Shown here one piece after another: positions 25,806 through 46,905 of a DNA stretch of 64,000 nucleotides (position 1 is the stretch's first letter; every line of letters begins with the position of its first letter). The notes under the pieces were generated by a model, which was not told where the DNA came from, ran no database searches, and saw only the letters and a list, made by a program, of their open reading frames with translations. The translations under genes and the position numbers were made by a program. The DNA comes from Dictyostelium discoideum (taxonomy: Eukaryota). The DNA lies in assembly GCA_000004695.1 (NCBI GenBank), contig CM000154.2:4544001-4608000 (forward strand), read 5' to 3'.

Positions 25806-27140
25806 AAGAAACAACAACAACAACAACCAAAACAACCACAACAACCAAAACAACAATCAAAGCAACAAGCAACACAACAAGATAAAAAAGATAAAGAACA
25901 ACAACAACAACAACAAGATAAACAAGATAAAGAATCAAATGAAATTAAAGGATCAAAAGAAGTTGCTAAAGATGGTCAACATGGTGTTAAACAATTCGAT
26001 GATCCAAAGCAAAGGGGTAAAATTACAAAGAAAAAGATTATAAAAGTTGGTGAAAGTTCAAGATCCGTTCAATTATTTAATCATTTACCACAATATAATT
26101 CAGAGTTTTCAATGGGTGTATCGGTATCAACCGATGAACCAAATGAGAAATATCCAATTCATCCAGATATCATTTCATTGGGATTAAAGTATGCAGAGTT
26201 TAAGATTGCAGGTTCAAATGCACGTGCAATCGCAATGATGACAGCATTCATTCAAATCTTTAAGGACTACGTTGCTGCACCAGATAAGGTTTACAGTAGA
26301 GAGTTGGATAGCCTCTTAAAGAGAAATATTCAATTCCTCGTAGATTGTAGACCAATCTCAATCTCTATGGGTAATTCAATCAATTATGTCAAACATAAAC
26401 TTTCACTCACCAACAATATGTCACACGAGGGTGCAAGAGATTACCTCATCAAATCAATCAATGAATTCATTGAACGTATTCAAATGGCCGATAATGCAAT
26501 CGTAAAACATGGTTGCTCAAAGATTAATGATGGTGATGTAATTCTAACTTATGCCTCCTCTCATGTCGTAGAGTTGATCATTCAACAAGCTATTCAAGAT
26601 AAAAAGAAATTCCGTTTAATCATTGTCGACTCTCGTCCAAAACATGAAGGTAGAGAATTACTACATCGTTTGGTTTTACATGGTGTTAAAATAACCTATA
26701 TCATGTTACACGCAGTCAGTTACATTATGAAAGAGGTTACCAAGGTTTTCGTTGGTGCTTACTCTGTTCTTTCAAATGGTAATTTAATCTCTAGAAGTGG
26801 TACAAGTTTAGTGGCATCAATGGCTAAATTCTACAATGTTCCATTCATTGTTTGTTGTGAAACCTATAAATTCACTGAACGTGTTCAATTGGATTCAATT
26901 TGTTTCAATCAAATTGGTAATCCTCAAGATTTGGTTCAAAATTTAGGTGAAAAAGAAGGTTCAAAGAGTTTATTAGAGAATTGGGAATCTTATAGCACTT
27001 TAAAACTTTTAAATTTAATGTACGATTTAACTCCAATTGAATTAATTGATATGGTTATCACTGAATTCGGTATGTTACCTCCAACTTCAATTCCTGTAGT
27101 TTTAAGAGAATATAGAAAAGAGGTAATTTCTATAAATTAA
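25158..27140 (+). CDS. Translation initiation factor eIF2B, delta-like subunit (IF-2B family). Exons 25158..25286 and 25410..27140.
   Basis: - Exon 1: MSSFGKNSSYRDTGASLKELGDYLDSKQEGKPTHQKTIGFDTN, donor |GTAAGT.
- Intron: 123 bp.
- The N-terminal half is Ser/Thr/Asn/Gln-rich low complexity, as is typical of the delta subunit.
- The C-terminal half is an IF-2B fold: ILTYASSHVVELIIQQA...FRLIIVDSRPKHEGRELLHRLVLHGVKITYIMLHAVSYIM...VFVGAYSVLSNGNLISRSGTSLVASMAKFYNVPFIVCCETYKF. Confidence 0.8.
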
Positions 27141-27268
27141 AATATAATAAAAAAATAAAAAAAAAATAAAATAAAATTAAAAAAAAAAAAAATCTATATA
27201 TATATATATAGATATATTGTTATTTTGTTATCTTTTAAGATTTAAAAAATATCCATTATTTTCTAATA

Positions 27269-28330
27269 ATTAAATATTTTTATTTATTGAAATATTTGGT
27301 AAATAACTTAATTTTATAAATAAATTATTATTATTATTTTTATTGTTTGAAATTATACAATAAGGTAATCTTGAATCATAATAAATTAAATCACCCTTTT
27401 TTAAAGTAATTTCTTTGAGTTGAGAAATTAAATTTGAATCATATTTGTATAGTTCACTTGTTGAATTTATTGATCTATATTGATTTTTTGATAGATTTAT
27501 TTTCTCTTTTGAATATTTTTCACAAATATATTGGATTGATTTTTTATGATATTTAGGTATTAAATTTATTGAAGCTGTTGAATCATCACCAATAAATAAA
27601 ATTGAATTGATTGGTCTCCATTTTTTTAATTGTATACTTTCAATGATTTTATCTTTATTTACTATCTCACTTTTAAATAAACTAAATGGATTCTAAATTT
27701 ATAAAATCCACAATATTAATAATTATAATTATTAAATCAAAAAAAAAAAAAGTATTTATATTACAATAATTTATTTATACCTACACAGTCTAAAATAATT
27801 ACTTTTTCTCTTTTATTATTAATATTACTATTATTATCATTAATATTATTATTATTATTATTTGTGTTTAATATTATATCAGTTGGTGAGAAATTATTAT
27901 ATATATTAGGCCATTCACTATATTCTATATTGTTATTATTGGTTTTATGAGAATTTGAATAGGTAATTTGAAATAATTGAGAAAATGAATTTAAAAAGTT
28001 TTGATTTGTTTTAATTATAGATTCATTTATGATATAATTATTATCATTTATTAATGATTTTAGTTGCTTTTGTTCAGAAAATAAATCAATATCATTTTTT
28101 ATAATATATCCATTGTCATTAAAATGTTCTAAATCATGTAATGATAAGGGTCCATTAATTCTATTCTTTATTACCGATATATTACCATTAGTAATAGTGG
28201 AACTATTATTCATCTGTTTATTGATCTTTTCAATATTAAAACATCCATCAATATGTATATAATTTCTTATTTCATTTTTAATATTACTTAATTGAAATAA
28301 TTTAGTTATTGTCTTGTTACTTTTAATCAT
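27269..28330 (-). CDS. Hypothetical Asn-rich protein. Approximate two-exon model: exon 1 28330..~27770, exon 2 ~27693..27269.
   Basis: The ORF track start at 28456 is a poly-Phe translation of a T-run. The plausible start is MIKSNKTITKLFQL at 28330. After a putative ~75-bp intron, the downstream exon continues in frame (NPFSLFKSEIVNKDKIIESIQLKKWRPINSILFIGDDSTASINLIPKYHKKSIQYICEKYSKEK...). No domain recognised. Confidence 0.4.
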
Positions 28331-28698
28331 TATTACTTTTTTATTTAAAAAAAAAAAAAGTGAATAAAAAAGTGAAAAAAAAAAAAAAGTGAAAAAAAGA
28401 GACCAAAAAAAAAAAAGATTTTTTCTTGAGGTGTTTTGGTAATAACAATGTTTCATATATATGTAAATAAAAAAAAATAAAAAAAGAAAAATAAAGAAAT
28501 ATTTTTGATTCCAACTATTTATTTTTTATATTAATCTTTATTTAATTTATTTTTATATATATATATTTTTTTTTGGAAGTTTAATGTTGTAATTAATGAT
28601 TTTTAATTATAACTACTAGGCTATTATTAATCTTTTTTATTATTATTAGTTATTATTATTTTAATATTTATAGTTTGTTTTATATATATTATATATAT

Positions 28699-30755
<2,057 letters not shown>

Positions 30756-31666
30756 TTTTTATTTATTTTTTTTTATATTTTTATATTTTTATATTTTATT
30801 TTATGTGTCGGTTTAATTATTTACAGAGAAAATATAAATATATAAGTGTGCGTGTGTTTTTTTTTTTTTTTTTTTTTTTTTCGCTCAAATTTGAAATCCC
30901 AATATTATTATTATTTTTATTATTTATTATCTTAACTATTATTATATAAGGGGAAAACAAAATAAAAAAAAATAAAAAAATAAGTAAAAATAAAAAAATA
31001 AAAAAATAGAAAACCTGAAAAAAAAAGTCAATTTATGTAAAAGAGAATGAAAAAAAAAAAAAAAAGATGTACAAATACTATTTTTTGTTTTTTTTTTTCT
31101 CAAAAATTCGAAAAATTATAAAAAAATAAAATTTAATTAATTTTTTAATTTTATTTTTTTTACCAGCGCATTTTTTTATTATAAAATAAAAAAAATTATT
31201 TTTAGAAAAAAGATAAAAAAAATATAAAAAAAAAAACATAAAGATAAAATGTTTAAAAAAATATCTTTTTTTATTTTTTTATTGAAATGGGACAAGGTAA
31301 GAGTTAATTTAGTAATAAATAAAAAAAAGGTTGAAAATTTTAAAAAAAAAAAATAAAAATAAAAACAAATAAAAAAAAAAAAAAAAAAAGATATAAAGAT
31401 TTAATTTAAAATTAATTTAATCTTTTTATCATTATAACTATAATAAAATTGAGATTTTCTTTTTTTGTGGATTGTTGTTTTATTTTTTGGTAAATGTAAT
31501 TTTTTTTTATGTTGGTACCATCGTTATTATAAGATTGGTTGTTTTGATCCATTGAATGTTCTTGTGTCACTTTTTTAATATTTTAAAAAAATTAAGTAAA
31601 TTTTAGTATTAGTATAACGAGTTTTATTTTATATTATTTTATTTTGTTTTATTGTATTTTATTTTC

Positions 31667-31722
<56 letters not shown>

Positions 31723-31802
31723 TTTTTATTTTTATTTTGTTTCTACTTTTTTTTTTGTTTTTGTTTTTATTATTTTTTTTTTTTTTATAATATTAAAAAA
31801 AT

Positions 31803-32050
31803 GAATAGTTACATCAATATCAAGGTCTTTAGTTAATCTTAATTGTTTAGTTTTGTTTTGATGATAAAACTACTTTCGAAATGTCGAGTATTTTGTCAGC
31901 CAATACAATGGGGTCACAATCCAAATATGTTGTGTTGTTTAAATTTAAAAATAATTCAAATTATGACCAAATTGTAGAGGAAAGCAAAATACTCTGAATT
32001 TTTAAAGTAGTTATATCCTAAAACAATAACTAAAGACCTTGATATTGATT
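31803..32050. mobile_element. Foldback/MITE-like element. About 245 bp, with 23-bp perfect terminal inverted repeats and extended imperfect inverted arms.
   Basis: The left end ATCAATATCAAGGTCTTTAGTTA (31812..31834) is the exact reverse complement of the right end TAACTAAAGACCTTGATATTGAT (32020..32042). The arms stay complementary further in: TTGTTTTA / GATGATAAAACTACTTT against AAAGTAGTTATATCCTAAAACAA. There is also an inner pair, CGAGTATTTTG / CAAAATACTCTG. The element is non-coding and sits in a 1.9-kb AT-rich spacer. Confidence 0.45.
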
Positions 32051-32101
32051 TTCTTTATTATTCTATTTAAAATTGGGAAAATTAATTTTTATTTTAAATC
32101 T

Positions 32102-32133
<32 letters not shown>

Positions 32134-32699
32134 ATTTGCGCTAAATTATTAACAAAAATTAAAATATTTTTTTTTTTTTTTTTTTTTCCTTAAATTAAAC
32201 CCCAAAAAAAAAGATACAAAAACTATTCATATTAAATTTACTTTTAAGAAAAAAAAAAAAAAAATAATAATATTAAAATTTTAAAAATTACATTATATCA
32301 CCACTATAAAAAAAATGAAAAATAGTACCACAGAATATTAAACTAAAGATATTAAAAAAAAAAAAAAAAATTAAAAAAAAAAAAAATTAAAAAATTAAAA
32401 AAAAATTAAAAAAATTTAAAATTTTTTTTTTTTTTAATTCTATTATTAAAAATCAAAGAATTCTGATTTTCTTTATTTTTTTTTCTTTTTTTTTTTTTCT
32501 TTTTTTTTTTTATTTTTTTTTTTAATTTTTGTAAGATTTATTTTAATTGAAATAAAAAAAAAAAAAACTATTTAAACTTTGAACACAAAAAAAAAATTTT
32601 AAATTCTATTTTTATTTTTATTATTTTTTTTTTTTTATTTCTTAAATTAATCTTTTTTTTTTTTTATTTTATTTTTTTATTTTTATTTTTTTTCAAAAA

Positions 32700-33548
32700 A
32701 TGGTTTCAGTTTGTCAAGTTGAAAGAAATGATGTTGAAAATTTAAATAAAGAATTATTTTACTCATACATTAAATCAAATAAACCAGTTGTATTTGAAAA
32801 GTATAGATCTCAAGCAATTGAAAAATGGACACCAGATTATTTATTGTCAATAATTGGTGATCGTGAGGTACATGTTAATATGTGTACATTTGGTTCAATG
32901 TCTGATATTGTACCAATGAAATTTTCAGAATATTTAAACAAAACTTTAAAAAATGAATTTCCAATAAATGATTCAAATGGTAAGTTTTAAATACTCACTC
33001 CATTCACTAATTTATTTATCACATACATATGACACTAACATAAAAAAAAAAAAAAAAAAAAAAAAATAGGTGAAAGAATTAAAAAAATTAATAAACCATA
33101 TTTACGTAATTTTGGTATGTTGGATGAATTTCCAATTTTAAAAGAAGATGTTAAAAATAATGAAAGTATTTTTAATAAAGATGTTCACAACATGGTTGTT
33201 ATGGGTTCATTTATTGGTTGTAAAGATAGTGCAACCAATTTCCATAAAGATACAGGTGAGAATTTAGTATCTGTTATTCATGGTAAAAAATTCATTGTTT
33301 TAATTGCACCATCTGATGAAACTAATATTAAATCAAAATTAAGTCATGATATTGAAGTTCAATTCGATTCAAATGATTTCGGTTCACCAATTGAATTACA
33401 TCCAGCTTTTTCTGATTGTTCAAAAATTTATACAACAATCTTAACTCAAGGTCAATCTTTATTCATTCCAGTCGGTTGGATTCACTATGTTCATAATATT
33501 GATACAACCATTTCTGTTTCATGTTGGGGTAAAGAAATGATTATGTAA
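32700..33548 (+). CDS. JmjC/cupin-fold protein, putative 2-oxoglutarate/Fe(II)-type oxygenase. Exons 32700..32979 and 33070..33548.
   Basis: Intron donor G|GTAAGT at 32980 and acceptor AAATAG| at 33069. The joined frame reads ...INDSNG-GERIKKINKPYLRNF.... The JmjC-like metal-binding arrangement is FHKDTGEN (HxD) ... LFIPVGWIHYVHN (distal His), and GKKFIVLIAP shows the cupin beta-strand pattern. Confidence 0.6.
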
Positions 33549-33726
33549 AAATAATAAATAATAATAATAATAAAAAAAAAAAAGAATAATTTTTATTCTT
33601 GCCCGCTATTTATTTTAAAAAATAATTAAATAAATTTATTTAATAAAATTATTTTATTTTTTTAAAATTTATCACACATATAATATTTTAAACTACAATT
33701 TTTTATTTTTTTTTTAGAAATTAAAT

Positions 33727-34260
33727 TTAATTTTTTACATTTAATAAATTATGACCATTTTTATCAACTTTTTGCATCATCATCATAACATTACCCTGAG
33801 CATGTTTTTCTTTATCGTGTAATATAAGATTATGAGCTTCTGGGGTATCATTAAAGTTTATATGGATTTTACAACTACCAATAAAATCATCCATAACAAG
33901 ATCATCATCCCAAAGTTCCACAATGATATTGTTTGCTTTTAAAGGAATTTTATACATTTCAGAGAATTGGAAATTTGGGTTCAATGTTTTTTTACATACA
34001 TTGGTTTTGAATAATAATTTCTTTGATTCTTCTCCATCTTTTTTCTCTTTTAATAAATATACTAAAACTTTTGGATCTGCCAATCCATTTGAATCCCATG
34101 CTTTAAATACTTCACCTCTTAGAATTGTGAATCTAATAATTTTAAAATCACTTTCTTTTTTTTCACCAGTTTTCTTTTGATTATTGGTATGATTATTACC
34201 TTAAAATTATAATAAAAAAAAAATTATAAATTTAATTAAATTGTGCAAATATAAAAGTAA

Positions 34261-34305
<45 letters not shown>

Positions 34306-34383
34306 ATTTAAAAATATCTTAATTTAATTACCTGTATAATTTCCAGCAATTTCATAAAAAATATTAGAAGTTACGTTTGACAT
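33727..34383 (-). CDS. Small C2-domain protein, paralog 3. Exons 34383..34332 and 34199..33727.
   Basis: - Exon 1: MSNVTSNIFYEIAGNYT-G, donor G|GTAATT.
- Intron: 132 bp; acceptor TTTTAAG|.
- Exon 2: ...FKIIRFTILRGEVFKAWDSNGLADPKVLVYLLK...FKTNVCKKTLNPNFQF...IIVELWDDDLVMDDFIG. This is the same C2 core as the two plus-strand paralogs at 22.1 to 23.9 kb. Confidence 0.7.
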
Positions 34384-34735
34384 TGTTTTTTATTTATTTA
34401 TTTAATTAATAAAATAAAATTAATTAAAAAAAAAAAAAAAAATAAATGGCTTTTTTTTTTTTTTTTTTTGAGTGTTTTCTCACCAAACCAATCACAAATT
34501 CAAAGTTTTTTTTTCCCCTACACAAACTTATCGAAAAAAAAAAAAATGTCGCCATTTTAGATTTTTATTTCGTGATTACAAACTTATCAAAACAATAAAA
34601 AATAATAAAATAAAAAATAAATAAAAAAATAAATAAAAAAAAATAAATAAAAAAAATAAAATAAAAATAAAAAAAAAAAATCAATTCCCAGACCATGTCT
34701 AATTTTTAATTAATTTATTTATTTAATTATTTTTT

Positions 34736-40404
<5,669 letters not shown>

Positions 40405-40611
40405 TTTAGTATCATATATAAATATTTGAACTAAATTATTATTATTGTTTTTTTTTATTTATTTTCTATTTTTTAATTTTTATTTAATTGCTGTATTTAT
40501 ATATATTCACATACATAAAAAAGAAAGAAAGAAAAAAAAAAAAAAAATAAAAAATAATAAATAAAAATGAAAAAAAAATAAAAAAAAAAAAAATGAATTT
40601 TAAAAAAAAAA

Positions 40612-40647
<36 letters not shown>

Positions 40648-40905
40648 AATAAAATTTAAAAAAACAAAAAAAAAAATAAATTTCTTAAGATAAATCTCAA
40701 ATTTATTACTTGAAGTTTTATTTTTTTTTTTTTTTTTTTTTTTTTTATTTAACACTTTTTTTTTTTATTTAAAAAAATTCTTTGGATTAATTAATTAATT
40801 ATCTTTGAATTTGTAAAATTGAATTTTGATTTTTTTTTACAAATTTTAAAATGTAATAAATTTCTGTAACGTTATTCAATAAATTTAATGATTCTTAACC
40901 TTTTC

Positions 40906-41534
40906 TTAAACAATAATATCATAATCTAAATCATTTGCAATTTTTTTAATTGAATCAATATTTGCAAAATTACAAGTACCCAATAATAATGAACCATCTG
41001 GAGTTAAGAAATCTTTTGATTCTTCAACATAACGTCTTAATAAAACATAACCATTAAGTGTTTTCTCTTATTGTAATTCATTAATAATTGAATTTTTAAA
41101 TTGTTGCATGGATGATTCCAAAAAATGAATTTAAATTTATTACAATTTGGTTTGTGTTGTTGTTGTTCCAATAAAGTATTATATAAATCACTTTTATGAA
41201 TACCACCAAATGGAATTTCATTATTGTTGTTTTTAAAATTTGGAAATGTAATATTAACAGCATTTGGATTAATATCAACACCGGTTACAGTTGCTTTTGC
41301 AAATTTTGAAACTGATAAAGAGATTAAACCAGAGCCAACGCCAACCTATAAGAAACAATCACCACTTTGCACTATTGTTTCTGATAATTGTTTGGCAAAC
41401 CATTTGTTTTCTGGGAAATGCAATGGACTAAAAACATTTGGATGTAGTGTTATATTTAATTCACCAATTGATGTTTTTTCACTTCCATCATTTTTAATTT
41501 TATACATTAATTCAAATAATCTTTTTTGTTCCAT
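40906..41534 (-). pseudogene. MTS-family (RsmC/'methyltransferase small domain'-like) class I SAM methyltransferase gene. It carries an in-frame TAG and a +1 frameshift.
   Basis: - The translation MEQKRLFELMYKIKNDGSEKTSIGELNITLHPNVFSPLHFPENKWFAKQLSETIVQSGDCFL-*-VGVGSGLISLSVSKFAKATVTGVDINPNAVNITF... matches MTS motif I (xGxVLDxGCGxG).
- A TAG at 41343..41345 sits exactly where the conserved Asp/Glu is expected.
- The run then continues ...FIFWNHPCNNLKIQ (the NPPF-like motif) in one frame, and ...EKTLNGYVLLRRYVEESKDFLTPDGSLLLGTCNF...DYDIIV* in the +1 frame. The switch is at an AAAA homopolymer near 41095. Confidence 0.5.
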
Positions 41535-41586
41535 TTGCCAGATATCTTTTTTCTATTTTTGATATTTCATAAAATTCTATTTGTTG

Positions 41587-41636
<50 letters not shown>

Positions 41637-42393
41637 AATTATTATATAAAGTTTATAATATTTATTATTTTATTATTTATTTATATGTATATATGTTTAA
41701 AAATATATATTTTATTTTATTTATATTATTAAAAATGAAATAAAAAAAAATAAAAAAAAATAAAATTTTATTAATAAAAAAAAATTGTGACCTCTTTTAA
41801 ATAATGTCATCCAAAAAAAAAAAAAAAAAAAAAAATTCATTAAACAATTATATCAAAATCATTTCAATAGTACAATAATAATTATAAAAAATAAAAATAG
41901 CACCCTCCCTCTAATTCTAAAAATACTTTTAATTATTTTATTATTAAAGGGAATAAAATGTTTTATTTATTTTTTTTTTTTTAATTTTTTTTTTTTAGGT
42001 TCACTACAAATGTAGAAAATATACAACAAAAAATTAAAAAATAATTTAAAGTGTATTAAATTAAACAAATTGATCAAAACAAAAAAAAAATTTTGACAAA
42101 AACCTGTTTAAAAAAAAAAAAAAATTAAATTAATTTTAAATAATTTCTTTATTAAATTAATTTTGATTTAATAAATGTTTATAAAAATTTTTTTTTTTTT
42201 TTTTTTTTTTTTGTTTTGACACAAATTTAAATGACAATAATTAGAATTTTTTTTTATTATTATTATTATTTATTTTTTTTTTTAATATTCTGTTTAAACA
42301 AAAAAAAAAAAAAATTTTTTTTTTAAGTAGTTACTATTTATTATATATAAATAAAAATAAGAAATTGGAAAAAAAAAATAAAAAAAAAAAACT

Positions 42394-42574
42394 ATGGTTT
42401 TAATAACATTTGATGCAAATAATTATATTCCATTATATAAGAACCCAATGGCTTTATATCTAAAGAATTATACATATCCACCAACTCATGCAAATTTCAA
42501 CTCAAAGATATTTTGTGAAAATTCATTTTTAACTTTAATCAAACATTCATTTTATGTAATTTCAATTTTAATTC

Positions 42575-42613
<39 letters not shown>

Positions 42614-42725
42614 TAATATTATTTTGTTTTAATTATTAGAAGAAATCAGATAAAAAAGAAGCAAGTTTAGAATTACAAAAAGACTATTTAAAAAGATATC
42701 GTTTATTAATTGGGGTAAATAATAT

Positions 42726-42778
<53 letters not shown>

Positions 42779-43049
42779 TTAATTGTATTATTATAAATAG
42801 GATAAAAAATATCAATTTAAAATAATGAATATTCCAGAAAATTTCCATCTTTCTTTGTTAATGTATTCACTATTATACAATGATTTAATTTTAATGGGGC
42901 TTGAATCTGAGGATGTTTTATTTGGTAATTATGATTTCTCAAATTATAAAAAAAATGCCAACGGACCACAATACATTAGTTTTGAATATCCAAAAATTGA
43001 AAAAAAAAGACAACCTCAATCATCATCACAAATTACAAAATTTAAATAT

Positions 43050-43099
<50 letters not shown>

Positions 43100-43400
43100 T
43101 AATAAAAAATCATCACCACAATCATCATCATCATCTCAATCATCATCAAATTCAACATATACTAAAAAAAGAAAATATTGTATTGATGATAAACAAAATG
43201 AAAATTTAGAAAGTTTACAATCACCAAATAGTCCAGAGGAAACATTATTAATCAAATCGTTAGATAATGAATATTTAGATAAATGGTATACACCAGAAAT
43301 TTCAAATTATTATTCACCATTTGAAATTAAAAAAAAATTAAAACTTTCAAACAATACAAAATCAAAATCAAAATCAAAATCAAAATCAAAACCAAAATGA
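42394..43400 (+). CDS. Hypothetical protein. Proposed exons 42394..42555, 42640..42714 and 42801..43400; about 278 aa, with a poly-Asn tract.
   Basis: ORF pieces MVLITFDANNYIPLYKNPMALYLKNYTYPPTHANFNSKIFCENSFLTLIKHSFY |GTAATT ... AG| KKSDKKEASLELQKDYLKRYRLLIG |GTAAAT ... AATAG| DKKYQFKIMNIPENFHLSLLMYSLLYNDLILMGLESEDVLFGNYDFSNYKK... join in phase. No domain recognised. Confidence 0.35.
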
Positions 43401-43506
43401 AAATGAAAATGAAAATTAATAATAATAATAATAAAAATAATAAAGTAATTTTTAAAATCATAATTTTTTTTTTATTTTTTTTTTTTAATTTATTTATTTA
43501 TTTGTT

Positions 43507-45901
43507 TTATTTTTTTAAATGATTTGAAATTATATGATTAATTGTATTTGAATGTTTTAAAAGGTAATCTAAACTATTATTTGATAATTTCTTAGGTAAA
43601 ATATCAATAATTGATGCATATGAACCAAATTGTGCAAATTTATTAAACTCTTCTTCATCTAATACTTTACATGCTAAAATAAATAAAGTTTCACTAAATT
43701 TAAATAAACCAATCTTTGAATTTTTATTTATAGATTTTAAATGGTCACAACAATCCATTGAAAACTGAATTTCATTATTTATAACTACATTAAATCTTTT
43801 TAAAAATTCTGAACTTTGATCATCACTACCATCACCACTATAAATGTTTAATTTTGATTGAATAATATCTAATTGTTTAAAAAATAAATCAACTCTTCTA
43901 ATTTGTAAACAAAATTCTAAATCTGAATTTAATGGTTTAGCTAAATATTCATAATTACTACCTATTTCTTCACCAATATTATTTTGGATTTCTTGATTTT
44001 CTTCATTTTCTTCATTTTCTTCATTATCATCATCATCATCATCATCATTACCATTATCACCATAATTAATATTATTTTGTTTATATTGAAATGAATATGA
44101 ATGAGATAATTTTTCAATTAATTTTTCTAAAATATCATCAATTGATAAACCACTTGAAAATAAATAATTAAATGAAAATAATTTTGGATTCAAGTATGAT
44201 GAAATATCATAAAATTTACCATCCTCTGGTGAATAACAACCACTATGATAATATGACATTTGTTGATAATCAAAAATCGTTTGAATATATGGTAAATCAA
44301 TTAAATATTTAGTAATAATTGGTGAAATTGAAATTAAATAATAAAATGATCTATATAAAGTATCTTTTAATACAATTTGATGATGATGATGATGATTTTT
44401 TGAAGATGTTGTACTAATTAACTTATTAAAATATTTAATTGTTTCAATTGATACATTTTCAATTCTTAATAAAACATCGTATAGAGTATTAATGATATTT
44501 AAAATTGAATTAATGTATTGTGTTTTTGTGGTTGTGGTTGTTGAGTCATCTTGATTTTTATCAATTGAATTTAATAATTCAATGAAAATATTTAAACATT
44601 TCTCTAAATTATCAATTAAACCATCAGTTTGTTTCATTTGTAAAAGTGTAGGTGGCTTTTTATCATTATGTGATGCTTGAAACATTGGAAAACTAAAATA
44701 TAAATTGATTTTATTAAATAATAATTCCGTTGGTATTAAATTTAAAATGAATTTAATTTTATTTAAACAGACATTCTCTATTGAATTTTTAAAAATTTCT
44801 GAATATATTATTGTATTTTCAATTAAATAATTGAAATCAATAGTACCATTATCGTTTCCATTTATAACAATATCACTTGATTCACCATTTTCAATTAAAT
44901 TAAAAACATTTTCATAAAAAACTGACATTAATCGTGATGGTATATTTTTATAATTTATACTTTTTAAATAATTTGAAAGTGTTATTAATTGGTTAATTGT
45001 CAATGGTGTTTCGATACCATCAATTTTTGATAACCTTTCATCTAATCTTAATTTAAAATCATAATCTTTCCAAAGATAATCGGTTGAAGACATTTTAGTT
45101 TTTGTTAAAATATAATCAATTGTTTCAATATCACATTTATGAAATGCAACTATTAATGGATATTCATACTCTTGATCAGTATAAAAAAATGATTTTGAAA
45201 ATTGTAATGATGAATTTGAATTTTTGAATATCTCTCTTGCATAATCAACAACCTTATATGATGTATATCTAATTGAATGAATTGAACTAATATATGAAAT
45301 ATTATTTGAAAAGGGACCTGATTTCTCAGTTTGTACAATCCAATCAACCGTATCATTATCATGTATTAAAAATGCACCCAATGAGCTATAATTATTTATA
45401 TCCATTAATCTATCATTTCTTTTCAATGGAAATAAATTTTTAAAAACTTTATTATCTGCTGGAATTGACGAAATTGCTTTTTTATATAGATTTTCATCAT
45501 CATCATCATCATATTTTAATGAGTTTATAAATGTGTATATCTTTCTATTAATTTCTGAAGTTGAAAATAATACACTATCTACACCATCAAGTGATGTAAT
45601 AATTTTTATAAATTCATAAGTTGATTCTAAATCTTTATTAATCGGTTTTAAGTATGTGTAATATTGATGATTTGATTTATAAATGATTTGATTAACTCCA
45701 TATCTATCATATCTAACTTTATTTAAAATTATTTTAAAAATATTTGAATTAAATGTTGATAATGAATAATATAATGCATTTGATATTTTTTCAGTATCAG
45801 TCATTAACTGTTCAATTATTTTATCATATTTATTTAAATAACTAATATAATAATTCTCTTTTGAAAATAGTTTATGTAATTCTTCAACTTTATTAAAATT
45901 T

Positions 45902-45942
<41 letters not shown>

Positions 45943-46277
45943 GTTTTTGAATGAATAAATATATTCAACTGATTTTAATGCTAAATTTGATAATGATGAT
46001 GATAATGATGATGATGGTGGTGAATTATTTAATAAAATATTATCAATTTCTGAATTTAATCTTGTAAATGATGATTTTTTATAATTTAATAAATCTAAAA
46101 TTTGATTTAATTCTTTATCAAAATTATATCTAAATAAAAAGTTTAAATCAATTAAAATTGGTTCACCAGCAATTTTATTTTGATTTAAATTTAAATTTTT
46201 ATAATCTTCAATAAAACTTGTAAAATTATAAGAATACGTATAATCAATATTATATTCAATTAAAGTATAACTTGTAA

Positions 46278-46344
<67 letters not shown>

Positions 46345-46601
46345 TATTTGATGAAATTTAATTATAAAATTTAACATTTCTCTATAATATTCATTATTTT
46401 TAACAAAAATATTATTCATATAATTTTTAAAATCATATAATAAATTCATTCTTGATAAATCTGATAATCTATGATTAATTAATAATTTTGTAATTTCTGA
46501 AATTATTAATTCTCTATCATTTGAATCGTATTGAAATAATTTAAAGATACCACATAATCCAATATCTAAATATTCATTTGATTTAATTTCACATTTTAAT
46601 A
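43507..46601 (-). CDS. Hypothetical large protein, more than 1030 aa. The 5' end runs into the assembly gap.
   Basis: A 980-aa ATG ORF (43507..46449). Its reading frame stays open upstream (...LKCEIKSNEYLDIGLCGIFKLFQYDSNDRELIISEITKLLINHRLSDLSRMNLLYDF...) until the N-run at 46602. It has several poly-Asn and poly-Asp tracts and no recognisable domain. Confidence 0.5.
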
Positions 46602-46701
46602 NNNNNNNNNNNNNNNNNNNNNNNNNNNNNNNNNNNNNNNNNNNNNNNNNNNNNNNNNNNNNNNNNNNNNNNNNNNNNNNNNNNNNNNNNNNNNNNNNNN
46701 N
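46602..46701. other. Assembly gap: a run of 100 N.
   Basis: Literal n characters. Confidence 1.
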
Positions 46702-46905
46702 AAAATAATTAAAAAAAAAAAAAAAAATATCTAAAAGTTGATTATTGTAAAATAAAAAGAAATCTAGATTGAAAATTTATTTTTAGAATTCCAATTTTAT
46801 TTTTTTTTTTTTTTTTTTTTTTTTTGAGAATTAATAAAACAGTGTGTGTTTTAAATTTTTTTTTTTTATATACAATTGAGTCACCTTTTTTTTTTTTTTT
46901 AATAA

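Noticed and set aside
41224-41562. 112-aa plus-strand ORF
   Set aside because: It is antisense to the MTS-methyltransferase-like gene. The minus frame carries the recognisable SAM-binding motifs.
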